From contig CM097885.1 of the NCBI GenBank assembly GCA_044892525.1, positions 53,570,001 to 53,634,000 of the forward strand: a stretch of DNA of 64,000 nucleotides. Direction: 5' to 3'. The notes beneath the pieces were generated by a model. That model was given only the letters and a program-made list of their open reading frames with translations, made no database searches and was not told the DNA's origin. Source of the DNA: Schmidtea polychroa. Taxonomy: Eukaryota. Positions 50,871 to 63,699 of this stretch are shown here, piece by piece. How positions within the stretch are numbered: the first letter of the stretch is position 1; each line of letters starts with the position of its first letter. The translations under genes and the position numbers were made by a program.

Positions 50871-52222
50871 AATTAAAATTTCAAATTAAGGTATAATATA
50901 TCTGAATTATTTAAACAATATTAATTGAAAATAAAAGATATTTAAATATTAATTAATTTAAAGAATAAAATTTTAATTTAAGTAATAAAATTAGATTAAT
51001 TATATTGAATTAATTTAATTCATTTAAATCAATTGTTAGATTTTTATTTAGAGTTATTTTCCCAGATGCTATTGCTAATAATTATTAATTCACAAAATTA
51101 TTTTTATTTAATCGATAAGAAATATATAAACTAACGATATTGACACTGTTGTATGTCGAGACCTTCAACTAAATCTCATCGAGTGCTGGGTATATATGGG
51201 AGGTAAGAGATAATTTTTTGTACAATCTCTTTTTCGCTTACAAGTCAAGCATTTCGCAACACAGGGAATATTACTATTGAATTGTTGAGGGGATTAATTT
51301 GTTGCGTCGAAACTTCTTATTAATATGTGCCATATAACTGTCATTACTGCTGTATCGAACTCGCTCATTTTGTCATCTAAACTTTTTTACCACCTGGCTC
51401 ATAGTTCAATTTTAAAGTTAGATCTGCTATTCGTGCTATTACGCTTGTGTAAATATTATCCATGTTTGAAGCATTAACATAGCTCTGTGCTCTTTAATCA
51501 TTAGAAACTTTGAGGTTCTCAGAATCTTAACCTGGTAGTTCCTATAAAAATAAGAACACAAAACCCTGGTTCAAAAAGTAAACAAGACAAGATTAAATTA
51601 AGTAAAAACAAAAATAATAAAATCAGACAAAGCAAGAAGTAGCAAAGTGTTGAGGTCACACTTTTTTTAAATTCCCAACGTTGCATTGGTGAATTTATAT
51701 AGGTCTATTGAATATGAATACAAAGTCGGGTTAGTAAAATATTTATTTTGAAATACAAATTATTACAAATTATTATTGGGCGTCCACTACTGATTTTGAG
51801 TCGCTATTTATAGTATTTTTTATGCGCATTAACATAAGGAAATTTTATTTATTTAAAGCATATGTCGTTATTAAAATTTAATCATATTTTTAGGCTAAAA
51901 GAAATGTCGTTATATTATTTTATTGATTTAAAATTTAATCATGTTTTTTATGTATGCAAAATTATATATTTATTTAACTTTATATTAAGAAAAAATATTT
52001 TAATTCGCATGTTAAAAATATTAAAATTACACAAAAAAAATTATGTTTTTATTATTTCATTATTTGCTCAATTTCATTTTGCTCTAGCTGTCACAATATG
52101 AAAATTCAATTCATTCACTCGGGCCGAGCTGTTACCTATTTGAATTCAGTCCAAGCTGTTATCTATTTTATTTCTGAATTAAAATTTTTTTTCTTTTTAA
52201 TTTGTCAATTTATTGTTATAAT

Positions 52223-52773
52223 CAGTGCAGGATTTACGTATAGGCTACACAAGCTTTAGCCTATGACACTTGCTTTCTTAGGGCCCTCAAAAGTGTTCGA
52301 ATAAGAAATTGTCATGTCGACTTAAATATACTACAGCATTATTTTTCCTACTACCGCATGTCTGAAACGTCCCATACTCTTCATCCAATTCTTTTAGGAC
52401 GTCAATTCGAAAAACAAAGGCAAAGCGCTATTGTGCTGAGGAAATGACAAGAAAGAAAATATTTTAGTTTAATATAATTCCTTAATTCTTAAAGCATGTT
52501 CCAAGACATTAGATAATAAGCCTTTACAAATTGTTTTTTTAAAAGATCTTTTGCTTCTTTTTATCAAAGTTTGCATTTTTAAGTTTGTTATGAATAAAAA
52601 TGATTTTAAATTAAAGATTTATTATTTCACTATCTCTACTTCTTAATTGTATTTCATTTTATCCCTCTAGGTATCCGAAAATCATATTTGGCGCTGAGAT
52701 ATGATATCTGGTCTTATAAAGGGCTCCATATTTCAAATAGCCTAAGGCCTTATCAGATCTAAATCCGGCATTG
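52223..52773. mobile_element. hAT non-autonomous element
   Basis: TIR CA(G/A)TGC(A/C)GGATTTA; 8-bp TSD GTTATAAT. Confidence 0.88.
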
Positions 52774-52892
52774 GTTATAATTTATATTTTGAAAAAAAAA
52801 ATTTCCCCTTTAAAATATATAATTAAGTGTTCACCGATAATTGTACATAACACAAAATAAATAAACCATCAATAAATAAGCTATAAAAATGG

Positions 52893-53179
52893 CAGGCCCG
52901 GCGTGAGGCGGGTACGATGCGTGATTTTCACGCAGGCGCCACGACGGAAAAATACAAAAGGCGGCAAAATTGTACAGAAATTTGTTAGTTTCATAACAAT
53001 TTCCATTCCATTGTTTAATAACTAGTCCAATTTGAATAATAATGTTCCATCTGTGAAAAATATTTTTGTTTTGAAAAATAGTTAAGTATGCATTTATCGT
53101 TTTTTTACTTTTATTATGGAATGCGAAGGCGGTAATATGCAATTTTCACACATCATCTGAAACTCTAGCGCCGGTGCTG
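52893..53179. mobile_element. hAT MITE
   Basis: TIR CAGxxCCGGCG; 8-bp TSD AAAAATGG. Confidence 0.85.
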
Positions 53180-53506
53180 AAAAATGGTAAAGACATCGAT
53201 AAAAAATTGTTCAGCACAAATTATATACAAGTTAGCACGAGTTAATACAATCAAATTGTTTATTGAATAGATATGATTTTGAGATTGAATTGGATGATTT
53301 GGATTGGATTGTCTGCTTCTGCCATTTTCTTTATCTGCATTCCACATAAATATTGAATCTGTATTTGTTTGCTCATGTTCTATAATATTTTGTGAGCTCA
53401 AAATTTTCGATGACTCTGCCTCTGTCATCCAACAAAAATATACATATGTTAGATAGCATAGAAGATATAAAACTAGAAGAGGGGAGGGGGTGAAAGCAGG
53501 AATTCA

Positions 53507-53660
53507 TAAGCAATCAGGATCGAGAAAATATATTAAATTTAAAGAAAATTGAAGAATTTACTAGTAAAATCAAAACAAACCAATCAAAGGTCTAGAATTA
53601 TAATTTAAGAGAATTAATATTCTTAGAAAATGAACATGCTTACTCGATCCTGATTGCTTA
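53507..53660. mobile_element. Small MITE with perfect 18-bp inverted ends (TA-flanked)
   Basis: TAAGCAATCAGGATCGAG...CTCGATCCTGATTGCTTA. Confidence 0.65.
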
Positions 53661-54800
53661 AAAGCGCGAAACAAAACTATATACACTGTCACTTTTCAAT
53701 TTTACTAGGTAAATCATTAGCGGTACACTATCAGTTTATTCTAATCAATCTCTTGTAATTGTCATTTATTCGCAACTTAGCTAGATCATTTTTTGCAAAT
53801 CATTCATTGGAAGTTAAGGTAAATTTTTATTTGTTATTTGCTTATTAGTATCATTTTTATTGCTATAGTATGTATGTTAAAATGTTTTTAAATTATAATT
53901 TAATAATTCGTTCTTGTTTTTCGCATTTAGTAGTAAAAAGTTTTCATAATGATTTATTCTCTCACCACATTAATAATTTTGCTTTTTTTAGGAAGTGTTG
54001 TGGGACAAGAAATGTTCAATGGCGTTGATAGACTTGGTGTTTTCCCAACGGAATGGATGTGGAAAGTCGCTGACACTTGGCTGACTAGACACTGATCGGA
54101 GGGCCTCCGAAGAGTATATCGCTGGCACCACTTTTTATTATGATAGGTAGTCGAGACTGAAGTAAAATGCAATTGATGGAGACTAAATTTCCGAGTGCAA
54201 ATGAATAATGTAACAAAGATAAGAATCAAAAGCGTTAGCAAAAGGCAATCGAGATCCCTGATTAATCGGCCAATATAGCGAATACAGTTCAAAGACGACC
54301 ATGCATTACAATCTCCATAGATAATGTCCAATTTTAGCAGTGACAATTTATTTAGTTTGTAATAATCGATTTACACTATTCGCCAGCTGGAATGGGGCAC
54401 ATACACACCATATGCATTCCGTTAAATTGAACTAATTTTTCATGAACTTTCAATCAACTGATGAACTCGATCCAATATAAAGATCAAAGATAAGACCTGG
54501 CAGGAAATTTATTTCACCCACACTTAATAAACATTTTTCAATCTATTACCATAAATATTCCACTTGTCCACAGAGAACGACCGAATGAGGATATATACAA
54601 CTATACAACTATACAAATCACACAAGGAGTTAATTAGCATTTACCATCATAATCCTTTCTAAGGCACTTTTTAGGGATCAATATTCAGTTCACTTTCTCG
54701 AAAAAGTTGTCTAATTAATATGTACTGTTATCATTATATTTAAATAGAGTTTTCTAAAATTATGTTCATTGTTACAATCATTGTGTAGAGGTTTGCTTAA

Positions 54801-55640
54801 CTAAATTTCACACCGAAGTTTTTGTGATTTATAATTACATAATATTAACGATCTAAAATACATCTGTTCAATTAACGTAGGGTCATCACCTGCGCGGATC
54901 CGTGCTTTGTGTTCATTTTTAAAGTCAATATCGCGAACAATGATTTTATTATTGGATAACAACAATTTGTCCATGTCTATAATCGAAGATACCGCCATCA
55001 TTGAACATCCTAATGGTCGCCTTGGTGCCGATAGGGAATGGAATTGAGCCATATCCGCTATAGAACGCCATATCCTGTCGCAAGGCATTTCATATCCATG
55101 TTTATATCTAAATCGAGCTGCTTCCATTTGTGCACGACATACTTGAGATCGACAATCAGGGATCATACCAATCATAACGCCTCCAGTACTTTCAGTAATA
55201 TTAAACAATCTTGTAGCTGAACTTTTCTCAATCATTTTATCTGGAACCTGTCTTCGTGTAGCTACACATAAATTTGATCTCATATTATTCCTTTCTGAAC
55301 ACAAAACAATATCGATTCGGCCATTTTGATCTTGAGCACATTTCAACAAATTTGTTTGATCCATATTCAATTCACCAGGTACAGATTGAACTAATTGCCG
55401 GTCTCGAGATGATGTGATTAGAGAAAATTCATTACCCAGAATTTTAATAGATTTGACAGATCTGATAACATCGTCTTTACAAATAGTTTCTCTTTCCATT
55501 TTGCTGCGGGTTCCATTCAACCTTGCCACTAAATCATCGAGATCCATCAATCCCCCGTTATATTTAGATGTTGCCATTGTAATTTCCAAAAAAACCCAAT
55601 CGAAATAAAACTCAATAAACAAAGAAGATTTCCATTGCAA
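54801..55640 (-). CDS. Intronless chimeric ORF: SNF8/Vps22 fragment plus proteasome alpha (PSMA6-like) fragment plus unknown
   Basis: aa 18-112 NGGLMDL...DDVIRSVKSIKILG...LVQSVPGELNMD is SNF8-like; aa 125-216 VPDKM...LFNITE...DCRSQV.RA..EAA.F.YKHGYEMP...IAD.AQ...RPLGC is PSMA6-like. Expression is unknown. Confidence 0.75.
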   Translation of the reverse strand: MQWKSSLFIEFYFDWVFLEITMATSKYNGGLMDLDDLVARLNGTRSKMERETICKDDVIRSVKSIKILGNEFSLITSSRDRQLVQSVPGELNMDQTNLLKCAQDQNGRIDIVLCSERNNMRSNLCVATRRQVPDKMIEKSSATRLFNITESTGGVMIGMIPDCRSQVCRAQMEAARFRYKHGYEMPCDRIWRSIADMAQFHSLSAPRRPLGCSMMAVSSIIDMDKLLLSNNKIIVRDIDFKNEHKARIRAGDDPTLIEQMYFRSLILCNYKSQKLRCEI

Positions 55641-55727
55641 TCAAATACAATCACACAAAAACCTAATAAAACTCTCTAAATTAAAATTACAACTCACCCA
55701 ACCAACAAAATTGAAAAATACCTCTTG

Positions 55728-55897
55728 CTCGCGTCTGTGTGCGCACACAGCCAAAACAAAGAAAAGAAAAGCGCACAGACGCGAGATCAACTAAAAACCC
55801 AACATAAAAAATTACATTGCTCGCGTCTGTGTGCGCACACAAATTCGTCACACAATACAACGCGCACACAGACGCGCATTGAGCTAATAATTCACCA
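55728..55897. other. Twin GC-rich hairpin leader
   Basis: Stems CTCGCGTCTGTG/CACAGACGCGAG (55728-55785) and CGCGTCTGTGTGCGC/GCGCACACAGACGCG (55822-55876), then ATAATTCACCA. Confidence 0.75.
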
Positions 55898-56295
55898 CTT
55901 TGTTTGTTTTTCTGACTAACACCGACCCACCCTTGCACTTTCCTCTGCCGCCCTCATCATCTTCATTAGAATTGCTTTGTGCTTTTATCAGGCCATGGAG
56001 TGTAGCCTAATATTTCCTAACCTTTTGTAGATTATGTCGTCTAAAGCCACTTCGTCGTCGATCCTAAAGCCCTGCTTCTCGTGCTCGGATAAGAAGCCGT
56101 GATTCAAGCACTGCAGGCGGAAAACGGACTATTGAAAAAGAAAATTGAATAAATAACAAAATTCCCAATTATATTTAGATCAAGCATAAAAAATGATTAT
56201 GAAAGTATGAAAAATACAACCAACTGACCAATCGACCAAAAAAGTATTACACTAATTATAAAAGCAAAGAAACCAAAAAGCAATTGAAAGAAAAT

Positions 56296-56814
56296 TTATA
56301 AATCATCATTAATCGATATGTAACGATATTTCACAAAAGGCAGTGAGCTGTAAAATGATTGGTTTACGGCAATTTTATCACTGGTTATTTCTTTATTAAC
56401 TTTACCATAATACCACTTTTCTAAACACCTGAGAGTTATCGGTTGAAAATTTTCAAAAAATTTATTAGCGAACAAATGAGGAACTTTAATTAGTACCGGC
56501 AGATCTCCACCTCCCCATATACAGAGTCCTCGAATTGTCTGTTTACTCTGACAATTATATAATCCTCGGTTTTTATATCTCGTCAAAAAGAAAGAAAGAT
56601 TTTCAACACCAATTAAATAATCATCTGGATTTCCAATAAATGAACCAGGAATCTTCAACTGAGTGTTATAATTTAAAGTTGCAAAAAACTGTTCATCGGG
56701 AACCTGACTATACTTTAATGCATTCAACATAGCAGTTGATTTCGGTGATTCCAAGATGAATTTAACAAAATCCCGATTGACTGTAATATGAACCGATCCT
56801 TTAAACCACACTAG
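56296..56814 (-). CDS. Core-2/I-branching beta-1,6-GlcNAc transferase (GCNT, GT14) terminal exon, possibly an orphan fragment
   Basis: KGS...NRDFV.F...VPDEQFFATLN...R.LCIWG.GDL...HLFANKF; TTTTCAG acceptor; no intact upstream exon found. Confidence 0.8.
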   Translation of the reverse strand, partial: LVWFKGSVHITVNRDFVKFILESPKSTAMLNALKYSQVPDEQFFATLNYNTQLKIPGSFIGNPDDYLIGVENLSFFLTRYKNRGLYNCQSKQTIRGLCIWGGGDLPVLIKVPHLFANKFFENFQPITLRCLEKWYYGKVNKEITSDKIAVNQSFYSSLPFVKYRYISINDDL

Positions 56815-58361
56815 CTGAAAAAGCAATAATTTTCTATTATTTTGGATAATTAAAATAATATATTTTTATGGTGCTTATTCTGTTTTATTGCCGCTTACTG
56901 TTGTGTTTTCCTTTTAATTTTCGGGACGAAAATCTTGTTAAGTGGAAGACATGTTAGGGTTGGGCTCGTTCAGGGCCATATAAAGGCTAGGGTAATAGTT
57001 ATAATAATAATATGTAGGATAATAATAATAAAATAACTCTAAAATTACTAAAATTAATTACTATAATTAAGTTAGGAATATATGTATTTGCTATAGTTAG
57101 AACAAATAATAACTTTATATAAAAAATAGAGGTAAAATACTATATTAATTAATTTATAAATAATTACTATTGTTGGGCTAGAACCAAGAATTGAGAGTTT
57201 GTTTTAATGGACCGAAAATACATAACATAAAAACCACACCAAGTTCAATTAAAATCGATGATCATACACCAAATAATACAAAATAAAGTACACAACTTAT
57301 TGAGGATAAATTAAAAACACGTATAATTAAATAAAGGAAATGCATGAAGCTTCAATCACCAACACAGTTAATAGAAAAATAACGCATTCTAAAAATCTGC
57401 CCTCATGAAAAATAAAAGAATAATAAATAATAAAAAATTAATTAATAATATGAAAAGAAATGATAAGAGTTATTGGTCCTATTTACATACGAAGGGTCAT
57501 AATCAAATTAATTAGAGATGTTATGGCTTGTATTTACACACGAATGAGCTATGGCAATGAGTGAGAAACAGAAAAATTTAAGAATTGAAACTAAAAAATT
57601 TCTATGGAAAAAATAATAAAAATTAAAATAAAATTAGTTAGAATTATTATAAATTATAAAACTTATAAAATTAAAATTAATAAAAATTAAATCAATTAAT
57701 TAAATCAATTAAAAATAAATAATTACACACATTCAATCATGCATGCAAAAGTAATTAAACTTTACTGCATTCTGATTGGATCTAGTGGCAGAGAATGCAT
57801 GGATGCACAATCAAAATCAGTATAAATACTATTTGAAAATTCAGTTAACTAGTTTTCAACTTGAACTTGTGACTAGTTTTCAGACAGTGTAAACAATTTT
57901 TAGACACTCTCAGTTTTCGGTTTATGTCATCGTGGTAAGTTTAAATTGGATTTAGAATTTTATGTAATTTGTAATTTTTTTCTGTAATGTTTTAAGGTAA
58001 TAAATCTTTGTATAAAATTTAGTTCTAGTTATTTTCTTTATTGTTCTTTTTAATTGTTTATTTCTAGCTTAAAGTTTTATGTTTTGAATAAAAATTTTTA
58101 TTACGTTTAATTTCTTATTCTGAATAGTAGTTAGTGGAATTGAGATCCAGTGGGCCACAGCTTGAGGAACATTGATTGTTTCTCTTGCAAGTTGGTCGGC
58201 TGGTTTTTCAGATTCGCACGGATTGATCAAGCCAGAATGTGGGGGCTTCTCTACTAGTCAGTCGCCATAAGTATTTCTAGTGGAAGATAAGTTAGAATTA
58301 AAAATATATGCAGATCCCCACTCGAATTTTTTGGAGGATAATTTGAATACTGTAGGAAGTA

Positions 58362-60798
58362 CAGGAATACCTCGAACAGTACGGTTAATCGGTTGTGGAA
58401 TTTAGCTGTACTATTTGAAACCGGACTATTCGATGCATTCTGGCGCTAATAAATTTACGACTTAGTACCCCTATTAAGAAATTTAAAAATCGTGATTATA
58501 ATCTAGTAAACAAAAAATATTTTGTTATGTATTTTTATTTTTCTGATATTCAAGAGCAAAACAAACATATTTAACACAGTTGTACATTTAAATATATATT
58601 TATTGAAATTTATAAGCCGGCAATACCAATTTATTTCAACTAAATCAAAAAAAGAATTTATTTCATTTTAAAAATATTAAAAATAGCTGATGAAATACAA
58701 GTAAATAAAATTAAATAAACACAACAATTTAATTTAAAAAAGATCAACAAAAGCAATTCACTTAAATTCTAATGTTTAGATTCATTTTTTATTGTTTAAA
58801 AATTTCAATAACGATGTCTGAACTTTTTTTGGTCGTTTCTCATCATACAATTCTTTGTAGCAATGAATTGCGTTGGCTATTGTTCGACGGATTGTAATGC
58901 GGCGTTCTATATTAGAATCAACTTCCATTATATGATCCGAAACTTTTTCGATCATTTCAATGATTTCTTTGAGCTGTTTTGCAGTTAAATCTTTAGCAGG
59001 GGGTTCAACAATTTCATCGTCTTTTGAGTCTTCGTCCAGCTATTTATAAGCTCGCTGTTCGTCTATTTTCATAAGTGTTTCATTATCGAGATCTTTCGCG
59101 CTAGATTGAATGCATTTCATTACTTTTACGGAATCTGGATCTTCAAATTCAAGCTGATGTCCAAGCTCCACAATTTCATTAGTAACTTCGGAAAAATGTT
59201 TCTCAAAACCAACAAAATCGTTAGCACAATGCGATATTAGATTTTTCCAAACGGTTCTCATATTTTTTGGTGTCACTTCATTCCATGCTTCACCTAAATT
59301 TTCGATAGCGCTCCTAATGTTGTAACTCTTCCAAAATTCTGTTAAAGTAGGCGCATTTTCTCCTGTTGTTGCTTTAATGGCTTGTGAAAAGGTGCGGCGT
59401 AAATAATAGCTCTTAAATGTCGAAATGACGCCTTGATCCATTGGCTGAATTAAAGATGTCGTGTTTTGCGGAAGAAATGCTATTTCAACATTTTTTTAAA
59501 ATCGCCAAGACCAGACGGATGACCTGGTGCATTATCTAGAATTAATAAAATCTTAAAATCCAACCCATTCTCTCGACAATACCGTTCTGAGAACCAATCT
59601 TCAAATATTTTTTTTGTGATCCATGCTTTTTTATTTGAACGCCGCAATACCTGAAGAGTATTTTTTGATAAACCCTTAAGAGCTCGAGGATTTTCTGCTC
59701 GGTATACAAGCATCGGTTTTAGTTTTAAATCTCCTGCTACATTACCACCCAATAATAGTGTAAGACGATCTTTTGAGATTTTATATCCCGGGTATGACTT
59801 CTCACTCACTGCTATAAAAGTGCGTGTTGGTAACTTTTTCCAGTATAACGCAGCCTCGTCTACATTGAATATTTGTTCGTCTTTGTAACCACCTTTTCCT
59901 ATAATTCTGGATAATTCTTCTGGATAGAATTTTAAAGCCGCTTCTTTATCTGCACTTGCAGATTCCACAATACGTACGTTGTGAATACCAGTTCGTTCCT
60001 TATACCGAGAAAACCATCCTCGACTGTCCGTAAAGGTTTCACCGGTTTCGGAACCAAGGTCTTCTACTTCATCTTTAGTCCCCAAGTCTTTGTAAAGACT
60101 TAGTGCCTTCGCTTGAATTTTCATTTGACTAATTGGAATATGTTTTTGGCTAAGGTCTTCTATCCATATATATAATAGTCGCTCCATGTTAACCATTTGA
60201 GGGCTTCTAATTCTGGTTACAACTTTTGACAAATATGACGCCGTAGCTATACCTTGCGACTTGTATTGATCTTTATTTTTCACATTTTCCGAACTGACGC
60301 CTCGTTCATTCCCCTTTCTTTTCCTGCTTTAGCAAACGAAGCCCCTTCCTCATGAAGTTTAATAACACTAAGCTTCTGTTCTAAAGTGAGCCATTTGCGT
60401 TATTTGGTTGTGGAGTCACTTTTACACTTTGTTTTGCCACTCATTTTATTTTTTAAATTAAAATCTAAATATATAAAAGTCAATATACTTTACGATTAAA
60501 AATATAAAACCAACAACTTTGATCTATTATCGCGCGATCGTGAATGTATCCGCAGTGAATTTTTTTACGGTTTATTTATTCAATTTTTTATTAAAACTAC
60601 AAACCAGAAATTAAGCGTAACAAAACAAATTATTAAACACGTGCCGTATGATTTTATAATAACGAATAAATTCTAAAAAATTAATTTAAAAAAACTTTTT
60701 TAAATTTCGAAAATTTTATTTAATCATTTTAAAAACAATCATATTTTGAAAATTTCAAAACCGTACTGATCGAAACCGTACTATGCGAGGTATTCCTG
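58362..60798 (-). mobile_element. Tigger/pogo DNA transposon, full length, frameshifted transposase
   Basis: 25-bp TIR CAGGAATACCTCG..AGTACGGTT; TA TSD; CENP-B HTH (SRGWFSRY), FNVDE, LILDNAPGH and QPMDQGVI motifs. Confidence 0.95.
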
Positions 60799-61207
60799 TA
60801 TAGAATAATATTTATTAACAGAAAAAAAGGGCTGATCCCTGGGCAAAATATTTGAAGATAACATTGGAAGACATCCAGAATGAGGACCACAATAAAATGA
60901 ATACATGACAATACTCCAACAACAGTATAGATAATGAATAATGATATAAGACCTTCCATCGGCAGTCCAGAACCCGAAAGTGAAAATATCATGAGAAGTA
61001 GTTTTAGCAGTAGAGCTCACCTGCTCATGGATTTTCAGCCATTGTGTACAACACCAACATGGTCGTCGCCATGGGTACACAGATGGTAAAGACAATAGTC
61101 ATGAAGGAATTTAGGAAGGAGTCGATTCAAAATCCACAAATACCCCTACTACATTAAAATATGACACACCCCTAAACGACCCAACACTATAAATAAATAC
61201 TATAAGA

Positions 61208-62449
61208 CATAGGTTCCCAACCTGTGGTACGCGTACCACTAGTGGTACGAATTGATAATTTTGGTGGTACGCCAAGAGTTTTGTACTTTTAAAAAACTTA
61301 TATTTTATGCTAAGATAACAAAAAAATTAATCAAGCTATAAATTCGTATATTCTTCTGATAGAATGATACATACCCAACATATTCAGAAAAATATGCGTA
61401 GTTAAAAGAAAAATATTTTTAGTACTAACACGTTCGAACAAATCCAGAAATATACTATTAGGTTTAGTTTTTATTTTAATTTACAAAGCAAGCTGGGCTG
61501 TGATAAATTTGTATCCATCTTATTAAGAAATAGTCCATAAGTAAATTATTATTTTTTAGATTTTTCAAAAAGAAACAAATATTTCTATCCGGATTCGAAC
61601 CAGCCCCCGAAGTTAAGGTCTTACCAAATTTTTTTACCCATTGATAATGAAAAATTTTGCAGATAACAATGAAAATTTAAGTTCATATAGCGAAGAAGAG
61701 GAAATCTTTGAAAAGACAAATTGTGTGCAGAAAAAAAAGCATAAAAAGAAAGAGAAAGTAGCCAGGCTCTATAATCCAGAATACTTAAGCTATGGATTTT
61801 CAATTAAATCTGGCTCAGAGTCTTTTCCGATTCCGCAGTGTGTTATCGGTTTCAAAACTTTATCAAATGGATGCATGAAACCATCACTTTTAAAAAGGCA
61901 TTTCTCAACTAAGCATCCGGAACTAAAAGATAGGCCTTCGGAATATTTTCAAAGGAAGGTTGCGGAACTGGGCCTTCAAAAAGCTTTTATGACATCTTTC
62001 AGCAATTTAAACACAAATTATGTTCGGGCTTCATATTTAGCGAGCTTACATATAGCAAAATGTGGAAAGGCACATACAATAGTACTACATACAATTAGTA
62101 CTACGTATTTGTGTGAAACTGGATTTTCAACCATGTCAGCGATAAAAAATAAATACAGATCATTGCTTAGTATAGAATCTGATCATTGTCTCAAATTGTC
62201 GAAAATTTCACCAGATATTTCCATGTTAGTTAGGAATAAACAAGCTCAACCATCTCACTAAATAAAATAAAAATATTATGAGCAAAAAATTTTTAGTTTT
62301 TTTGTTTGATTTTTTTTCTTGACCGCAAAAGAAATTTTTTATGTATAAAATGCTAGATTTAAAATAAGCCCCCCAAATTTTTTACGAGGTACTCAAAAAT
62401 TATTTTTATTTTTAGTGGTACGAAACCCAAAAAAGATTGGGAACCGCTG
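61208..62449 (+). mobile_element. hAT (Charlie/Buster-like) internally deleted element with 206-aa residual ORF
   Basis: TIR CAxxGGTTCCCAA; 8-bp TSD CTATAAGA; ORF 61641-62261 joins a BED-like N-terminus to the TTYLCETGFS dimerisation tail. Confidence 0.92.
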
Positions 62450-62813
62450 CTATAAGAAATAATCAATATAAGTTGAATTTTTACATGACAGACAGAAAAT
62501 TTGTTCTACGCTTAATCATTATTGATTACAAAGCGATTTGCAGAGAATAGCTGTCAGTCCAAATATTTGCAATTAAAAAGGGACATCGAGAAATTAATAG
62601 AAGTAGATTATTAATTTTAACAGCTGCTACCAAGAATATTTTGTATAAAAGAAACAAGAGAAATTTAGAAATTCATAAATTGAACAAGAAGACCTATCTT
62701 TAATGTTAAATCATTCCAATATTTGACTATAGCAAATCTATTTTCGAAACTCCTTCGTAGTTTGAGAAAATATTTGAAATTAATGAGGAATCAAATCAAT
62801 TTATAGAAAAAAA

Positions 62814-63680
62814 GTATTGGGTTATGGGTTGGCGATAAAATTAAAATTCTTACTCTGACTCCAAGCGTGTCTTTGACTGATCCCCCAAATAACAGTTGAC
62901 AACAGAAATCTTTATTGGTAATCACAAATAACTTTCACTTTACACTGACAGTCAATTCAACACTCTGTTTGGTGACTATACTATGCTTATTACAACACTC
63001 AGTGAGGAATGGCACTTGTGTATAACACCGGATTGAAAGATCAATAATTACTGATTGGTTTATCAACTGTTACTTTGAGATGGTTGTTTTCTTTGACCTT
63101 CTTCACAACTTTATTCAAATACTTAAATAACTTCTTTTCGTTTAATTTTTCAACTAATTCTTTTCTTCAAATCTTTTCCAACAATAATTCTTCATAAATC
63201 ATTTTTCCAATAACATTTGGTCCAACTCTGTCTAACTTATCGTCTAAAATTTTGTTTCTATTTCGTCTCCCAAATTTGTCTCAATTTGTGTCAACCAGTT
63301 TCCTTTTATATAGTTTGTTTTATTTGTGGCACTAGAGACAGATTTCGTTTTTCATTTTCATTTTCCTCTGTATTCGCCGCTACCTCAGCCTTATCTCTGA
63401 CAGATGCCGAGATTTTTTTCCCTTTTCCTTTTTTGTTAAGTCGCCTTCTCCCGGCAATTCAGCTATCTTTGACAAGCTGTCAAGATAAGGCTTTTTTCCT
63501 AATTTGTTTTTCTGGAATTTGAAATTCCACCTTCGTTTGTACTTTTTAATTAACAATGGTCTTCGTTTTAATTTCTTGTTTGTTTTCTTTTATTTGATTT
63601 ATCTTTCTCATTTTTCATTTCTTTTCATTTCATTTTTCATTTTTTCATTTCATGAAAATTTGGGACTCGTGAAAAGTTTA
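62814..63680 (-). repeat. Inverted copy of the LTR-like repeat at 19850-20525
   Basis: Shared GGATCAGTCAAAGACACGCTTGGAGTC and TGTCAAAGATA blocks. Confidence 0.6.
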
Positions 63681-63699
63681 GGATCAAATTTTAATTACT

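Noticed and set aside
53954..54346. 130-aa minus-strand ORF
   Set aside because: No recognisable motif or splice context.
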